A DNA stretch of 64,000 nucleotides from Armatimonadota bacterium. GTDB lineage: Bacteria > Armatimonadota > SYMT01. The number at the start of each line of letters is the position of its first letter. Within the stretch, counting starts at the first letter, position 1. The stretch is taken from NCBI GenBank assembly GCA_046292385.1, contig JBKBRF010000037.1, positions 1 through 64,000 on the forward strand, written 5' to 3'. Positions 19,814 to 29,511 of this stretch are shown here, piece by piece. Below the pieces are notes generated by a model. The model searched no databases and was not told the DNA's origin. It was given only the letters and a program-made list of their open reading frames with translations. The position numbers and the translations under genes were made by a program.

Positions 19814-20299
19814 TCAGAAGTCTCTGCGAATGGCGTTGACCGCAGCGTGGAACGAGTGGAAGGAGCGGAGCTCCTCTCCCAGCAGGGAGCTCGCCAGGTA
19901 GTCCGGCACCTGGCCGGTCCGCGCCACGGCGATTCCGGCCCAGAGGTCCGCCACCGAATGGCCGACCACTGCGGCGGTCACCAGGGCGAAGACCAGTCCG
20001 AAGACCGGATCGAACTGGTCCATGGTCCACCGGGTCTGCCGGTGGAGCACGCGGGACGCGAGCAGCAGGCCCGCCAGGAGCAGCGCGAAGCAGAGCGCCT
20101 GCAGCACCGGCGAGCTGTCCCAGCCGGGGAGCGCCTTCCAGCCGAGCCAGACGGTGACGGTGGGGGCGATGACGCGTGAGAAGTGGGCGGCGGCCACCGC
20201 GGCTACCGTGTCCAGCATGGTACGCCCCGCTTCCTGCCGCATCTGATACGCCACGGTCGCCGCTACGCCGAGCAGCAGCAAACCATCGAACCAGGTCAT
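19814..20299 (-). CDS. Membrane protein, CvpA-like
   Basis: MTWFDGLLLL start, four hydrophobic segments, FDPVFGLVFAL. Confidence 0.6.
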   Translation of the reverse strand: MTWFDGLLLLGVAATVAYQMRQEAGRTMLDTVAAVAAAHFSRVIAPTVTVWLGWKALPGWDSSPVLQALCFALLLAGLLLASRVLHRQTRWTMDQFDPVFGLVFALVTAAVVGHSVADLWAGIAVARTGQVPDYLASSLLGEELRSFHSFHAAVNAIRRDF

Positions 20300-20413
20300 G
20301 CCGAAGCCTCCGAGGGGATCCGTGTCGCATGATCGGCGGCGGCCCGCCGCGGGTACGTCCCACATGACGCGGAGCCTGGCGGCGGCGAACCCCATCGGAG
20401 GTAGGACCGGCGC

Positions 20414-21076
20414 CTAATCCCCGGCGAGGAGCGCCTCCAGCTTCCACTCCCCGTTCACCTTGCGAAAGCCCGCGCGGTAGTCGATCGGGCCGCGGAGATA
20501 CCGGCGGGCGACCCATCCCTCGCGCCCGCCCGGCAGCCGCACGCGGGACCAGTTGTTCCCTTCATGCAGGACCCGGACCAGGTCGTAGCTCAGGTGCGCC
20601 TTCACCCGTCCCTCGATCCCGGGCGAAGCGCGGAGCCGGACCCGGCGGCCGACTACCGCCTGCCACCCCTCAAAGGCGTCTAGGTCGTCCGGGAACTCGC
20701 TGAAGACGCACGGCATCCAGAAGGAACGCTGGCCCTCCTCCTCGAAGAAGCTGCCGCCGTGAGCCAGGATCCAGGCGAGCGTCGGCCAGATCTCGCTCTC
20801 CCGGCGCTCCGGGTGCCACATGCTGCGAAAGTCGGCGGTTCCCTGGTGACCGCCGAAGGAGAGCTCGACCTTCGGGTGCAGCACTCGCATCAACCCGGCG
20901 CGGTCCCGCCGGCGCACCGTCTCTCGCAGCCCGGCCAGGAAACGCCGCAGCGAGGGATCGCGGCCGCTCTCGTCGACCGGGCGGAGCTTCCGCGCTCCGG
21001 CGTCGACGGGGAGTGTCAGGAGCACCAGCGCCGCCGCGGCAGCGCTGAAAGCGAGGACGGAGGTGCGGGGCGCCAT
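20414..21076 (-). CDS. Secreted protein with bacterial SH3 domain
   Basis: Signal peptide; VRLRASPG..NWSRVRLPGGREGWVARRYL. Confidence 0.8.
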   Translation of the reverse strand: MAPRTSVLAFSAAAAALVLLTLPVDAGARKLRPVDESGRDPSLRRFLAGLRETVRRRDRAGLMRVLHPKVELSFGGHQGTADFRSMWHPERRESEIWPTLAWILAHGGSFFEEEGQRSFWMPCVFSEFPDDLDAFEGWQAVVGRRVRLRASPGIEGRVKAHLSYDLVRVLHEGNNWSRVRLPGGREGWVARRYLRGPIDYRAGFRKVNGEWKLEALLAGD

Positions 21077-21252
21077 CAGGGCCTCCCGGGCGGTGAGAGC
21101 GAGCGAGCGACACTCGTAAAGTGGCTCCCCCGCGCTGCAGAGTTCGGACCGCCACTACAGCTGCGATTCCCCGCCAAAACCGAGGAACCGCCCCTGCGGT
21201 GCCGGGTCTTGCAGTCAAGTTGAGCGGGCCTAGACGAGGGTGGGGGAAGAGA

Positions 21253-21732
21253 ATGCTGACTAGAAGCGTGACGCACGCGTTGAAGATAATCGGGCTGACG
21301 GCCCTCGCGGGCGCGGCGGTTCTGCTGCCGGCGCAGGCTGCCGGCGCGGACCCGGATGATGGCCGTCGCGGGGAGTACCGCGGTCGCTACGACCGCGACG
21401 ACGATGACGACTGGAAGGAGCGCCAGAAGCGCCGGCACGAGCTGGAGCGCGAGCACTACAAGCGGGAGGCCGAGCGCGAGAAGGAGTGGGCGAAGCGCGA
21501 GAAAGAGCGCCGCAAAGAGTTGGAAAAGCTGCGGCGCGAGCGAGAGAAGTATGAGCGGAAGCATGGCCGCTCTTATCGTTCGGACCGCTACTCCCACCCC
21601 CGCGTGACCGTTCGCGGCCGGCGCACCGACCTGGACCGGGACGGGATTCCGAACAGCCGCGACCGTGACATCGACGGCGACCGAGTCCCGAACACCCGGG
21701 ACCGCCACCCCTACGACCGCCGCCGGCGGTAA
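21253..21732 (+). CDS. Secreted low-complexity charged protein with DxDxDG motifs
   Basis: Signal peptide; DLDRDGIPNSRDRDIDGDRVPN. Confidence 0.7.
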   Translation: MLTRSVTHALKIIGLTALAGAAVLLPAQAAGADPDDGRRGEYRGRYDRDDDDDWKERQKRRHELEREHYKREAEREKEWAKREKERRKELEKLRREREKYERKHGRSYRSDRYSHPRVTVRGRRTDLDRDGIPNSRDRDIDGDRVPNTRDRHPYDRRRR

Positions 21733-21798
21733 CCCCGATCAGGTCTTATTGACCCCAGTGCCGTGGGAGGAGGCAGTCCTCCCGCGGCGGCCTCTCGG

Positions 21799-22680
21799 TC
21801 AGCGCAGCTCTGCCAGGAACTGCCGGTGCAGTGCGGTGAGGTGCAGACTCGACCGACGCACCAGGTAGAAGCCTCGCCGGAGCTGCAGCCCGGTGAGCGG
21901 TCGGGTCACCAGTACGCCCGCCTGCACCTCGAGGTCTACCGCGTGCTCCGAGACGAGCGCTACGCCGAGACCGGCTGCCACGCTCCGCTTGACCGCCTCC
22001 GTGCTGCCGAGCTCCATCGCAACCCTCGGCTCCAGCCCGCATTCTCGGAGCGCCCGCTCCAGTACCTCTCGGGTGCTCGACCCCCGTTCCCGAAGCACCA
22101 GCGGCTCCCCTGCGAGCTCCGGCGGCCGAAATGGGGCAGCCGACTTCACGCGGCGATGACCGGGCTGTGCGATCAGCACCAGGGTTTCTTCCCACAGCCG
22201 CTCCGCGATCACTGCCTCCGGAAAGGCAGTCTCGCCCACTACCGCGAGATCGAGCCGCCCGCCTACCACCCGGGCCAGGATCTCCCGGGTGTCGCTAATC
22301 TCCAACGAGACCTCCACCCCCGGATGCTCCTGGTGAAAGCGACCGAGTCGTTCCGGAAGCAGGTAGGTGCCGGGCGTGCTACTGGCGCCGACTACCAGGC
22401 GCCCGGCCTCTCCGCCGCGCAGCGCGGCAAGCGCCGCATCCGCATCCGCCAGCTCCGTCAGCACCCGCTCCACGTAGCCGAGGAGCATCCGACCTGCATC
22501 CGTAAGTGTGGTGCGCCGGGCGATCTGCTCGAAGAGCGGCAGGCCGACCTGGCGCTCCAGGTCCTTCACGCTCTTGCTGACAGCGGGAGCGGAGACAAAC
22601 AGCGCTTCGGCCGCGCGCCCGAAGTGTCCGTGCCGCGCCACCTCTCGGAAGACTTTCAGCTGGTTCAGGGTAGCGTCCAT
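21799..22680 (-). CDS. LysR family regulator (CysL-like)
   Basis: TLNQLKVF..FGRAAEALFVSAPAVSKSVKDLE HTH; GASSTPGTYLLP; RERGSSTR. Confidence 0.93.
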   Translation of the reverse strand: MDATLNQLKVFREVARHGHFGRAAEALFVSAPAVSKSVKDLERQVGLPLFEQIARRTTLTDAGRMLLGYVERVLTELADADAALAALRGGEAGRLVVGASSTPGTYLLPERLGRFHQEHPGVEVSLEISDTREILARVVGGRLDLAVVGETAFPEAVIAERLWEETLVLIAQPGHRRVKSAAPFRPPELAGEPLVLRERGSSTREVLERALRECGLEPRVAMELGSTEAVKRSVAAGLGVALVSEHAVDLEVQAGVLVTRPLTGLQLRRGFYLVRRSSLHLTALHRQFLAELR

Positions 22681-22766
22681 AGATAACCTCTTAGTTAATA
22701 AGACGGTTACATCATTCTATCCAAAGTTAATGCGCAGCGGGATACGCTGGTGCTGGAGGAGCACCG

Positions 22767-23132
22767 ATGGTCACGAGCTGGATACACCGCCTTCTGCCGC
22801 GGCACCGCGTCAGCACCGCGTTGCGAGAAGCGCCGCCGGAGGAGATCGAAACACTCCTGAACGGTGGATCGCCGCCCCTGCTGCTGGACATCCGCGGCGC
22901 AGAGACCTATGCGGCGGGGCACCTGCCGGGAGCGCTCAACACCCCGGTGGAGCGTCTCCAGGACTCGGTGGCGGACTTCGACCGCGGCGCGCCGGTGGTC
23001 GTCTACTGAGGCTTCGGGATCAAGAGCGCCCAGGCTGGGCGCCTTCTACTCGACCTCGGTTTCCAGCAGGTGTGTCACCTGAAGGGTGGGCTGCGGAGCT
23101 GGCGCGGCGGATTGGAGCGCGGGGATGCCTGA
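22767..23132 (+). CDS. Rhodanese-domain probable selenoprotein (UGA at 23007-23009 read as Sec)
   Basis: LLDIR..GHLPGA..VVVY-TGA-GFGIKS..LGFQQVCHLKGGLRSW; frame stays open to TGA 23130-23132, overlapping the next ATG. Confidence 0.8.
23026..23042 (+). promoter_or_regulatory. Candidate bacterial SECIS hairpin
   Basis: gcgccca-ggc-tgggcgc, 7-bp stem with G-led loop 23 nt after the UGA. Confidence 0.65.
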
Positions 23133-23967
23133 CGTCTCGCGCCTGCTCCAGATCCAGACCGTCGTGAGCGTGCTCGCGCTGGTGCTCCTCTGGCTCCTCG
23201 AGACCGGACTGCCGCTCTTCGTCGACCGAGCCCACCGTCTCCGCCACGCAGCGCGCAACCTCGGGGTCGCGGGCCTGAACATGGCGGTTCTTGGCCTCGG
23301 CTTTGCGGCGGCGACCGCGGCGGCGGCGGGGTGGGCGGAGGCGCATCGCTTCGGGCTGCTGCATCGCCTCTCCGCGCCGCTCTGGGTAGAGCTGGGCCTG
23401 GCGTTCCTGTTGTTCGACGCGTGGATGTATCTCTGGCACCGGGCGAACCACGCCGTCCCGTTCCTCTGGCGGTTACACCGGATGCACCACAGCGACGCGG
23501 AGATGGACGTCACCACGGCGCTGCGCTTCCACTGCGGAGAGATCGTCCTCTCCTCCGCGCTGCGGCTGGCGGTGATTCCGCTGCTGGGACTGCAGGTGTG
23601 GCAGGTGATCGCCTACGAGATGGTGCTGCTGCCGGTGATCGCCTTCCACCACAGCAACGTGGCGCTGCCGGAGAAGTGGGACCGGCTGCTGCGGGTCGTC
23701 CTCGTCTCGCCAAACCTGCACCGCGTCCATCACTCCGACTGGCGGCCGGAGACCGACAGCAACTTCGCCAGCGTCTTCTCCTGGTGGGACCGCCTGGGGC
23801 GGACGCTGCGCTTGCGTGATGAGGTGACGACGCTTCGCTACGGACTGCGGGATCTCGACGGAGACGAGCACCAATGCCTCCTCGGGCTGCTGCGGACGCC
23901 GCTCGCCGGGAGCTGCCATCCCGAGCCAGAGGCCGAACCCGCCGCGCCAGGCCGCGTGAACGCTTAA
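23125..23967 (+). CDS. Sterol desaturase / fatty acid hydroxylase family
   Basis: His boxes HRANH, HRMHH, HHSN, HRVHH; transmembrane segments. Confidence 0.92.
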   Translation: MPDVSRLLQIQTVVSVLALVLLWLLETGLPLFVDRAHRLRHAARNLGVAGLNMAVLGLGFAAATAAAAGWAEAHRFGLLHRLSAPLWVELGLAFLLFDAWMYLWHRANHAVPFLWRLHRMHHSDAEMDVTTALRFHCGEIVLSSALRLAVIPLLGLQVWQVIAYEMVLLPVIAFHHSNVALPEKWDRLLRVVLVSPNLHRVHHSDWRPETDSNFASVFSWWDRLGRTLRLRDEVTTLRYGLRDLDGDEHQCLLGLLRTPLAGSCHPEPEAEPAAPGRVNA

Positions 23968-24059
23968 AACATCGCTGCCCGGCGGTCCACGACCCGCGGG
24001 ACGTGCCGCTCATCGTAGTTCTGCCTCCGCTGACGTAGAATAACCGGAGGGAGGGCGTG

Positions 24060-25541
24060 ATGAGCGAGCGGTATCGGGGGAAGGTGCGGGCGCCGGAGTT
24101 TCCGGCGGGCTTGGAGTGGCTGAACGTCGACCGGCCGCTCAGTCTGCGGGACCTGCGCGGCAAGGTCGTAATCCTCGACTTCTGGACCTTCTGCTGCATC
24201 AACTGCCAGCACGTGCTGCCGCAGCTCCAGCGGCTGGAGGAGCGCTTCCCCACGGAGCTGGTGGTGGTGGGCGTCCACTCCGCCAAGTTCGACGCGGAGC
24301 GCGAGACCTACAACATCCGCCAGGCGGTGCTGCGGCACGACGTGCGCCATCCGGTGGTGAACGACCGCGGCTTCGTGCTCTGGCGCGCCTACGCGGTGAA
24401 GGCGTGGCCGACGCTGGTGATCATCGATCCGGACGGGATGGTGATCGGCGCCCACTCCGGCGAGTTCGACGCGGACGACATGGCGGCGGTGCTGGAGGAG
24501 ATGATCGCCGCCTGGAAGCGGGAGGGGCGCCTCGACCCGCAGCCGCTCGCCACCTCTCCGGAGCGGCTGCGCCAGCCGGAGAGCGTGCTTTCTTTCCCGG
24601 GCAAGGTGCTGGCAGACGCGGGGTCGGACCGGCTTTACGTGGCCGACTCGGACCACCACCGGGTGGTCGAGACCGACCTCCACGGGCGGGTGCAGCGGAT
24701 CTTCGGAAGCGGAGAGCCGGGCTGGGCCGATGGCTCTCCCGCGCGGGCGCGCTTCCGCTTTCCGCAGGGAATGGCGCTCCACGGCGACGGGCTCTACGTC
24801 GCCGATACCGAAAACCACCTGATCCGGAAGATCGCGCTCCACAGCGGGGTCGTCTCTACCGTAGCCGGCACCGGGCGGCAGGCGCGTCCCTGGCCCACCC
24901 CCGGCTCGTGCCGGGAGACGGCGCTCAACTCCCCGTGGGACCTGCATACCGTCGGCAACTGGCTCTACGTCGCGATGGCGGGCAGTCACCAGATCTGGCG
25001 GCTCGACGTTCCCTCCGGCCGGCTGGAGCTGTTCGCCGGCGACGGCCGCGAGGCACTGCTCGACGGCCCGCGGCTCGAGGCGCGGCTCGCGCAGCCGAGC
25101 GGGCTCTCTTCGGACGGGCTCCGCCTCTGGTTCGCGGACAGTGAGACGAGCAGCATCCGCTGGGTGCCGCTGCAGGGGGAGGGGGCGGTGCGCACCGCCA
25201 TCGGCGAGGGGCTCTTCGAGTTCGGAGACGTCGACGGCGCCCAGAAGACCGCGCGCCTGCAGCACCCGCTCGACGTGGAGTGCGCCGGCGGCCTCGTCTA
25301 CGTTGCCGACTCCTACAACAACCGGATCAAGGTCTACGACCCGGTAGCCGGCGAGATCTCGCGCTTCACCGGCTCCGGCGAGCCGGGCCTCTTCGACGCC
25401 GGCCGCGAAGAGGCGTGCCTCTGGGAGCCGGGCGGCCTCTCCGCCGCGGGAGACGTGCTCTACACGGCGGATACGAACAACGGGGCAGTCCGGGCCGTCT
25501 CCCTGCGGACGGGAGAGGTGCGGACGATCGAGCTGGCGTGA
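24060..25541 (+). CDS. Thioredoxin-like + NHL repeat protein (NHLRC2-like)
   Basis: DFWTFCCINCQH, GVHSAKF, repeated YVADxxNHxI propeller blades. Confidence 0.92.
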   Translation: MSERYRGKVRAPEFPAGLEWLNVDRPLSLRDLRGKVVILDFWTFCCINCQHVLPQLQRLEERFPTELVVVGVHSAKFDAERETYNIRQAVLRHDVRHPVVNDRGFVLWRAYAVKAWPTLVIIDPDGMVIGAHSGEFDADDMAAVLEEMIAAWKREGRLDPQPLATSPERLRQPESVLSFPGKVLADAGSDRLYVADSDHHRVVETDLHGRVQRIFGSGEPGWADGSPARARFRFPQGMALHGDGLYVADTENHLIRKIALHSGVVSTVAGTGRQARPWPTPGSCRETALNSPWDLHTVGNWLYVAMAGSHQIWRLDVPSGRLELFAGDGREALLDGPRLEARLAQPSGLSSDGLRLWFADSETSSIRWVPLQGEGAVRTAIGEGLFEFGDVDGAQKTARLQHPLDVECAGGLVYVADSYNNRIKVYDPVAGEISRFTGSGEPGLFDAGREEACLWEPGGLSAAGDVLYTADTNNGAVRAVSLRTGEVRTIELA

Positions 25542-25554
25542 CGGACGGAGTGGG

Positions 25555-25591
25555 GAGTTAGCAGGTTAGCAAGTTTCAGGTTGCAGGTTAG
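25555..25591. repeat. GCAGGTT-like tandem array
   Basis: gttagcaggttagcaagtttcaggttgcaggttag. Confidence 0.65.
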
Positions 25592-25762
25592 AACCCCGCT
25601 CCCGAGGGCGCAATCCGCAAACGAGTGAGTTTCACTTGCCGCACTATGACGGCGCAGAGACCGGCCTCACGTTCGCTCCTCTCTGCCCGCCGCCCGTGCG
25701 GAGGGAAATCGCGGCAGAATCCTCGTCACCCCCTGCCTACTCCGGTTTTGGGACGGCTGCCG

Positions 25763-25789
25763 AGATCCTTCACATTCGTTCAGGATGAC
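25763..25789. repeat. Single arm of the GTCATCCTGA REP-like family
   Basis: agatccttcacattcgttcaggatgac resembles 10659-10683. Confidence 0.65.
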
Positions 25790-25889
25790 CGTTTCGGCGG
25801 ATGGGGCTGGCTGACCGGCAGGCTCTCAGCACATCCGGATCCCTTCTGACATCCCCTTTATCCCCAGCTCATCCCCCTATTCCCTTTTC

Positions 25890-26333
25890 TTACACGTCCG
25901 AACGGCCTTCCCGTGCGAGGTAATCCCGCAGGCGGTAGTAGGCTTCGTTGACTTCCCGTAGGCGGGCGGCGGCGCGCTGCTGCTCGGCGGGGTCGTGGGC
26001 GAAGCGGTCCGGGTGCGTCTCCCGCACCCGCTTGCGCCAGGCGCTCTTCACCGCCGCCAGGTCGGCGCCTTCCTCCGCGCCGAGCAGCTCGTACTCGCGG
26101 CGATAGGGGTGAGGCCGGCGGGGTCGGGCGCGCGGCGGGGCGTCGACTCCGGGCGGAGGCGGCGGAGGGGTGCCGCCTCCGCGGAGGAACTCTTCCAGTT
26201 CCCGACGGGCCTGCTCCCGCAGCCGGTTCACCCGCGCGTGGGTCTCCGGATGGGTCGCCACGCCGTAGAGCGTCCCGATGCCCTGCGCCAGGCCGCGCCG
26301 CGCCACTCTCCAGAGCCGCTCCGCCAGCGTCAT
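25890..26333 (-). CDS. Protein with C-terminal J domain
   Basis: YELLG..VKSAWRKRVRETHPD..EVNEAY. Confidence 0.85.
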   Translation of the reverse strand: MTLAERLWRVARRGLAQGIGTLYGVATHPETHARVNRLREQARRELEEFLRGGGTPPPPPPGVDAPPRARPRRPHPYRREYELLGAEEGADLAAVKSAWRKRVRETHPDRFAHDPAEQQRAAARLREVNEAYYRLRDYLAREGRSDV

Positions 26334-27202
26334 CCGGCGCCTCGTACGGCCAACGTCTCGTTCAGGCTCGCCTCCAGCGCCTCCACGCCGCGGGTGAGGC
26401 GGTGGAGCTCATCCTGGACCGGATCCTCTTCCACGTCGGCGACGATGTCGGCGGCCTGGAGGCGGATCACCTTCATGATCATGTTGTCGAAGGTGCAGCG
26501 CACCGCCGCGAGCTGGCCGTCGATCCGGGTGATCGCCTCCTGCAGGCGGACGAAGTTCTCCAGCTCCTCCCGCTTCTGCCGGAGCGCCTGCTCGAACAGC
26601 TCCCGCGTCACCGCGTCGTAGCAGCCGTCGACCTTCCGCTCCAGCTCCGCCGCCTCCCGCTGCACTTCCAGCACGCGGAAGTTGGCGACGAACGTCTGCA
26701 GCGCCGCGCGCTTCTCCGCCAGGGAGAGGCAGTGCTGCAGCAGCGAAGTCAGCTCCACGCGGGTGTGCGGCACCCGCGCGCTGCCGGCGGAGTAGAGCGC
26801 CAGCAGCCGCTCCTGCGCCTGGACGATCGCGGAGAGGCAGGCGGCGGTGGCCGGATCGAGCGTGGCGGCGAGGTTCTCCAGCCGGTGAATCAGCTCCTGC
26901 CACCGCTGCCGCTGCCGCGTCTCGCTGCTCTCGTGCGCAAAGCGCGGGTCGCGGACCCGCACCCAGACCCAGCCGGCGTCGGCCAGCAGCGCGGCGATCC
27001 CCGCAGGCCAGGCGGGCCCCGGCAGCAGCAGCACACCGAGCGTGCCGAGGAAGAGGGAGGGCGGCGCGGTCACCGCCCGCACTACCACCTGTTTGAGCAG
27101 CGTGTCCCGTTCCGTTTGCAGCGGCATCGAGCTTCCGTGGACGCCTCCGCCGGCCCCGGCCGGCGGCGTAAAGCGAGAAGAGGGAGGGCGAATCGTCGCC
27201 AC
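26330..27202 (-). CDS. PspA-linked membrane-anchored coiled-coil protein
   Basis: Two N-terminal hydrophobic segments then a long helical region; stop overlaps the J-domain start. Confidence 0.75.
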   Translation of the reverse strand: MATIRPPSSRFTPPAGAGGGVHGSSMPLQTERDTLLKQVVVRAVTAPPSLFLGTLGVLLLPGPAWPAGIAALLADAGWVWVRVRDPRFAHESSETRQRQRWQELIHRLENLAATLDPATAACLSAIVQAQERLLALYSAGSARVPHTRVELTSLLQHCLSLAEKRAALQTFVANFRVLEVQREAAELERKVDGCYDAVTRELFEQALRQKREELENFVRLQEAITRIDGQLAAVRCTFDNMIMKVIRLQAADIVADVEEDPVQDELHRLTRGVEALEASLNETLAVRGAG

Positions 27203-27275
27203 TCCCTCTTACTATTAACGGCTCCTGGCCCGTTCGGGTTCTCCGTCCGGCCGGGTATCGGATCCAGTCCGGACC

Positions 27276-28082
27276 CTACACTTCGAGATTGCGCATCCGG
27301 TCGCCGCCGTCGCCGTTCTCTCCGCCGCCGACCTTCTGCTCCGCCGGCTGCTGCTCCGCGGCGATCTCCGCCTTCAGGCGTGCCAGCGGATCGTCCGCGG
27401 CCTTCGGCGCGGCGAGGCCCATGTCGGCCTTCAGCGCGGCGAGCTGCGAGTCTGCCTTCTGGCCGGCCACCACGTTCTCCAGGTGGGCCAGCTTCTGGTT
27501 CAGCCCGCCGCCGCCGAGCTCCGTCCGGGCCTCGGCGCGGGCCCGCACCTCGCGGATGCGCTCCTCGGCGCGGTTGAACGCCTGGTCCTGGCTGTCGAGC
27601 GAGATTCCGGAGAGCGCTTTGTTGAGCTGCTCCTGGATCTTGGCCTGCTTCCAGCCCGCGGTGAGCGCCAGCCGCTGGGCGGCGCGCTGCCGGACGTGGG
27701 CCTCCATCTTCTGGATGTGGTCCTTCACCGCCTCGGCGGACCGCTCCGCGTCCACGAGCTGCGCCCGCAGCGTCTCGATGTTGGTGTCGAACGTCGCCTT
27801 TTCCACCAGGAGCTGCCGGGCGAGGTCCTCGTCCCCGATCTGCAGGGCGGCGCGCGCCTTCTGCTCCAGGCCGGCGGCCCGGTTCTCCTGGTCCTGCAGC
27901 ACGTTGCGGAGCTGATTTCGGGCAGCGATGGCCTGGACGGCGCTCTCTTTCGCCTTCTCCAGCTCGCGGCGCATCGACTCCTGCGCTTCTGTGAGGATGA
28001 CTTCCGGGTCTTCCGCGCGCTCCACGCCGATCAGGAGCCACCCCTTGATCACCCGCCACATCCTGCCGAAAATGCCCATCAT
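27276..28082 (-). CDS. pspA: PspA/IM30 family protein
   Basis: MGIFGRM..AEDPEVIL..KARAALQIGDEDLARQLL. Confidence 0.9.
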   Translation of the reverse strand: MMGIFGRMWRVIKGWLLIGVERAEDPEVILTEAQESMRRELEKAKESAVQAIAARNQLRNVLQDQENRAAGLEQKARAALQIGDEDLARQLLVEKATFDTNIETLRAQLVDAERSAEAVKDHIQKMEAHVRQRAAQRLALTAGWKQAKIQEQLNKALSGISLDSQDQAFNRAEERIREVRARAEARTELGGGGLNQKLAHLENVVAGQKADSQLAALKADMGLAAPKAADDPLARLKAEIAAEQQPAEQKVGGGENGDGGDRMRNLEV

Positions 28083-28382
28083 TTTCCCTCCGCCCGCGTG
28101 GCGGGACGTGCTGCGCTTCGGCCGGCGCGCGTAACCGCAAACGAATCGGGCCGTTTGTGGAGACAGGCGCGCACCGAGGGCGACTGTTGAGAATTATAGC
28201 ACGCAGGCTTGACCGCCGCAAACCGCGCCGCATCCCAGAACAGGCAAGCAGGCCGCCTGGTTGCGCGGAAAGCCCCCGACGTGTTGAGGAGCCCTGGTGT
28301 GGGTAAGGTGGATAGTGGATAACTGTTTTTAGGGGCCAATTCACCTCGAGTCACCTGGGAGCACAGCGCGGAGGTACTGTCG

Positions 28383-28790
28383 ATGGAGATCTCATCTGTA
28401 TCAATCTGGGTGCTGGTCGCCATCGTCGCGATCAACACCCTCTTCATCGGCGCGATTGCGGTAGCGCTCTTCCTGGTGAACGCCAAGGTAAACGAAGCGC
28501 TGGACAAGGCGGAGCCGCTGCTGGCGAAGGCGACCGAGACGATGGGGCGGGTGGAGGACACCACCATCAAGATCCAGCAGAAGGTCGACGTGGTGCTGGA
28601 CAAGACCTCGCACCTGGTCGACCACGTGAGCGAGCGGGTCGATACCACGACCGCGATCGCGGAAGAGGCGGTAACGGAGCCACTGATCGGGGCCGCGAGC
28701 CTGATGGCGGGAATCAACCGCGGGCTAAGGGTCTACGCGGAGCGTGCTGGTGAGAAAGGAGACACGGGGAATGGCAGACACGAACACTAG
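28383..28790 (+). CDS. DUF948-like membrane-anchored helical protein
   Basis: N-terminal TM then amphipathic helix; precedes YtxH-like gene. Confidence 0.65.
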   Translation: MEISSVSIWVLVAIVAINTLFIGAIAVALFLVNAKVNEALDKAEPLLAKATETMGRVEDTTIKIQQKVDVVLDKTSHLVDHVSERVDTTTAIAEEAVTEPLIGAASLMAGINRGLRVYAERAGEKGDTGNGRHEH

Positions 28791-29241
28791 GGACTTCATG
28801 ATCGGCGTGCTGGTCGGCGGAGCCATCGGCGCGGCGGTCGCGCTGCTCTACGCGCCGCAGTCCGGGGTAGAAACCCGGCAGCTCGTCCGGGACAAGGCGT
28901 CCGAGGCGGGCGGCAAGGCCTCCGAGCTGGCAGGGCAGGCCCGCACGAAGGTCTCGGACCTGACGCACCAGGCGCAGGCCAGGGTGGGGGAGATGGGCAG
29001 CCAGGCTCGCGGTAAGGTCGGCGAGATCGGGGGCCAGGTGCAGAGCGCTATCGACCGTGCCAAGGAGACGGTGCAGCACCAGAAGGAAGCGCTCCGCACG
29101 GCGGTAGACGCCGGCCGCTCCGCCTACCAGGAGAAGCAGAGCGAGCTGCACACCGAGGTAAGCCAGGACGTGCTGCCCGCGGACACCACCCCGATGGCTC
29201 CGCCTCCGACTACCCGGATGGATGAGAACCCGGCGGTCTGA
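28771..29241 (+). CDS. YtxH domain protein
   Basis: FMIGVLVGGAIGAAVALLYAPQSGVETR. Confidence 0.88.
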   Translation: MADTNTRDFMIGVLVGGAIGAAVALLYAPQSGVETRQLVRDKASEAGGKASELAGQARTKVSDLTHQAQARVGEMGSQARGKVGEIGGQVQSAIDRAKETVQHQKEALRTAVDAGRSAYQEKQSELHTEVSQDVLPADTTPMAPPPTTRMDENPAV

Positions 29242-29511
29242 TCCGGCGGAGGCGTCGGTGCCGCTGAGCCCGGCCGGAGTGGGTGAGAGAGGGTGGGAGA
29301 AGTTGCTCGGGAGATGAGGAGCCTCCCACTCTCTGGCTCCCGCCTGCGCTCTTTCCAACCCGACAGCAGTAGTTGGAGGCTCTACGGGACCGGCTAATCG
29401 AAAGACAGCGACGGGCGGGCGCCTGCGGGTGCCCGCCCGCTTTGCGTACGGGAAGCCTATAATTGAGCGTCCGACTGCCCGGCAACGCGCCCGGCTCCCG
29501 AGGTGATCATC

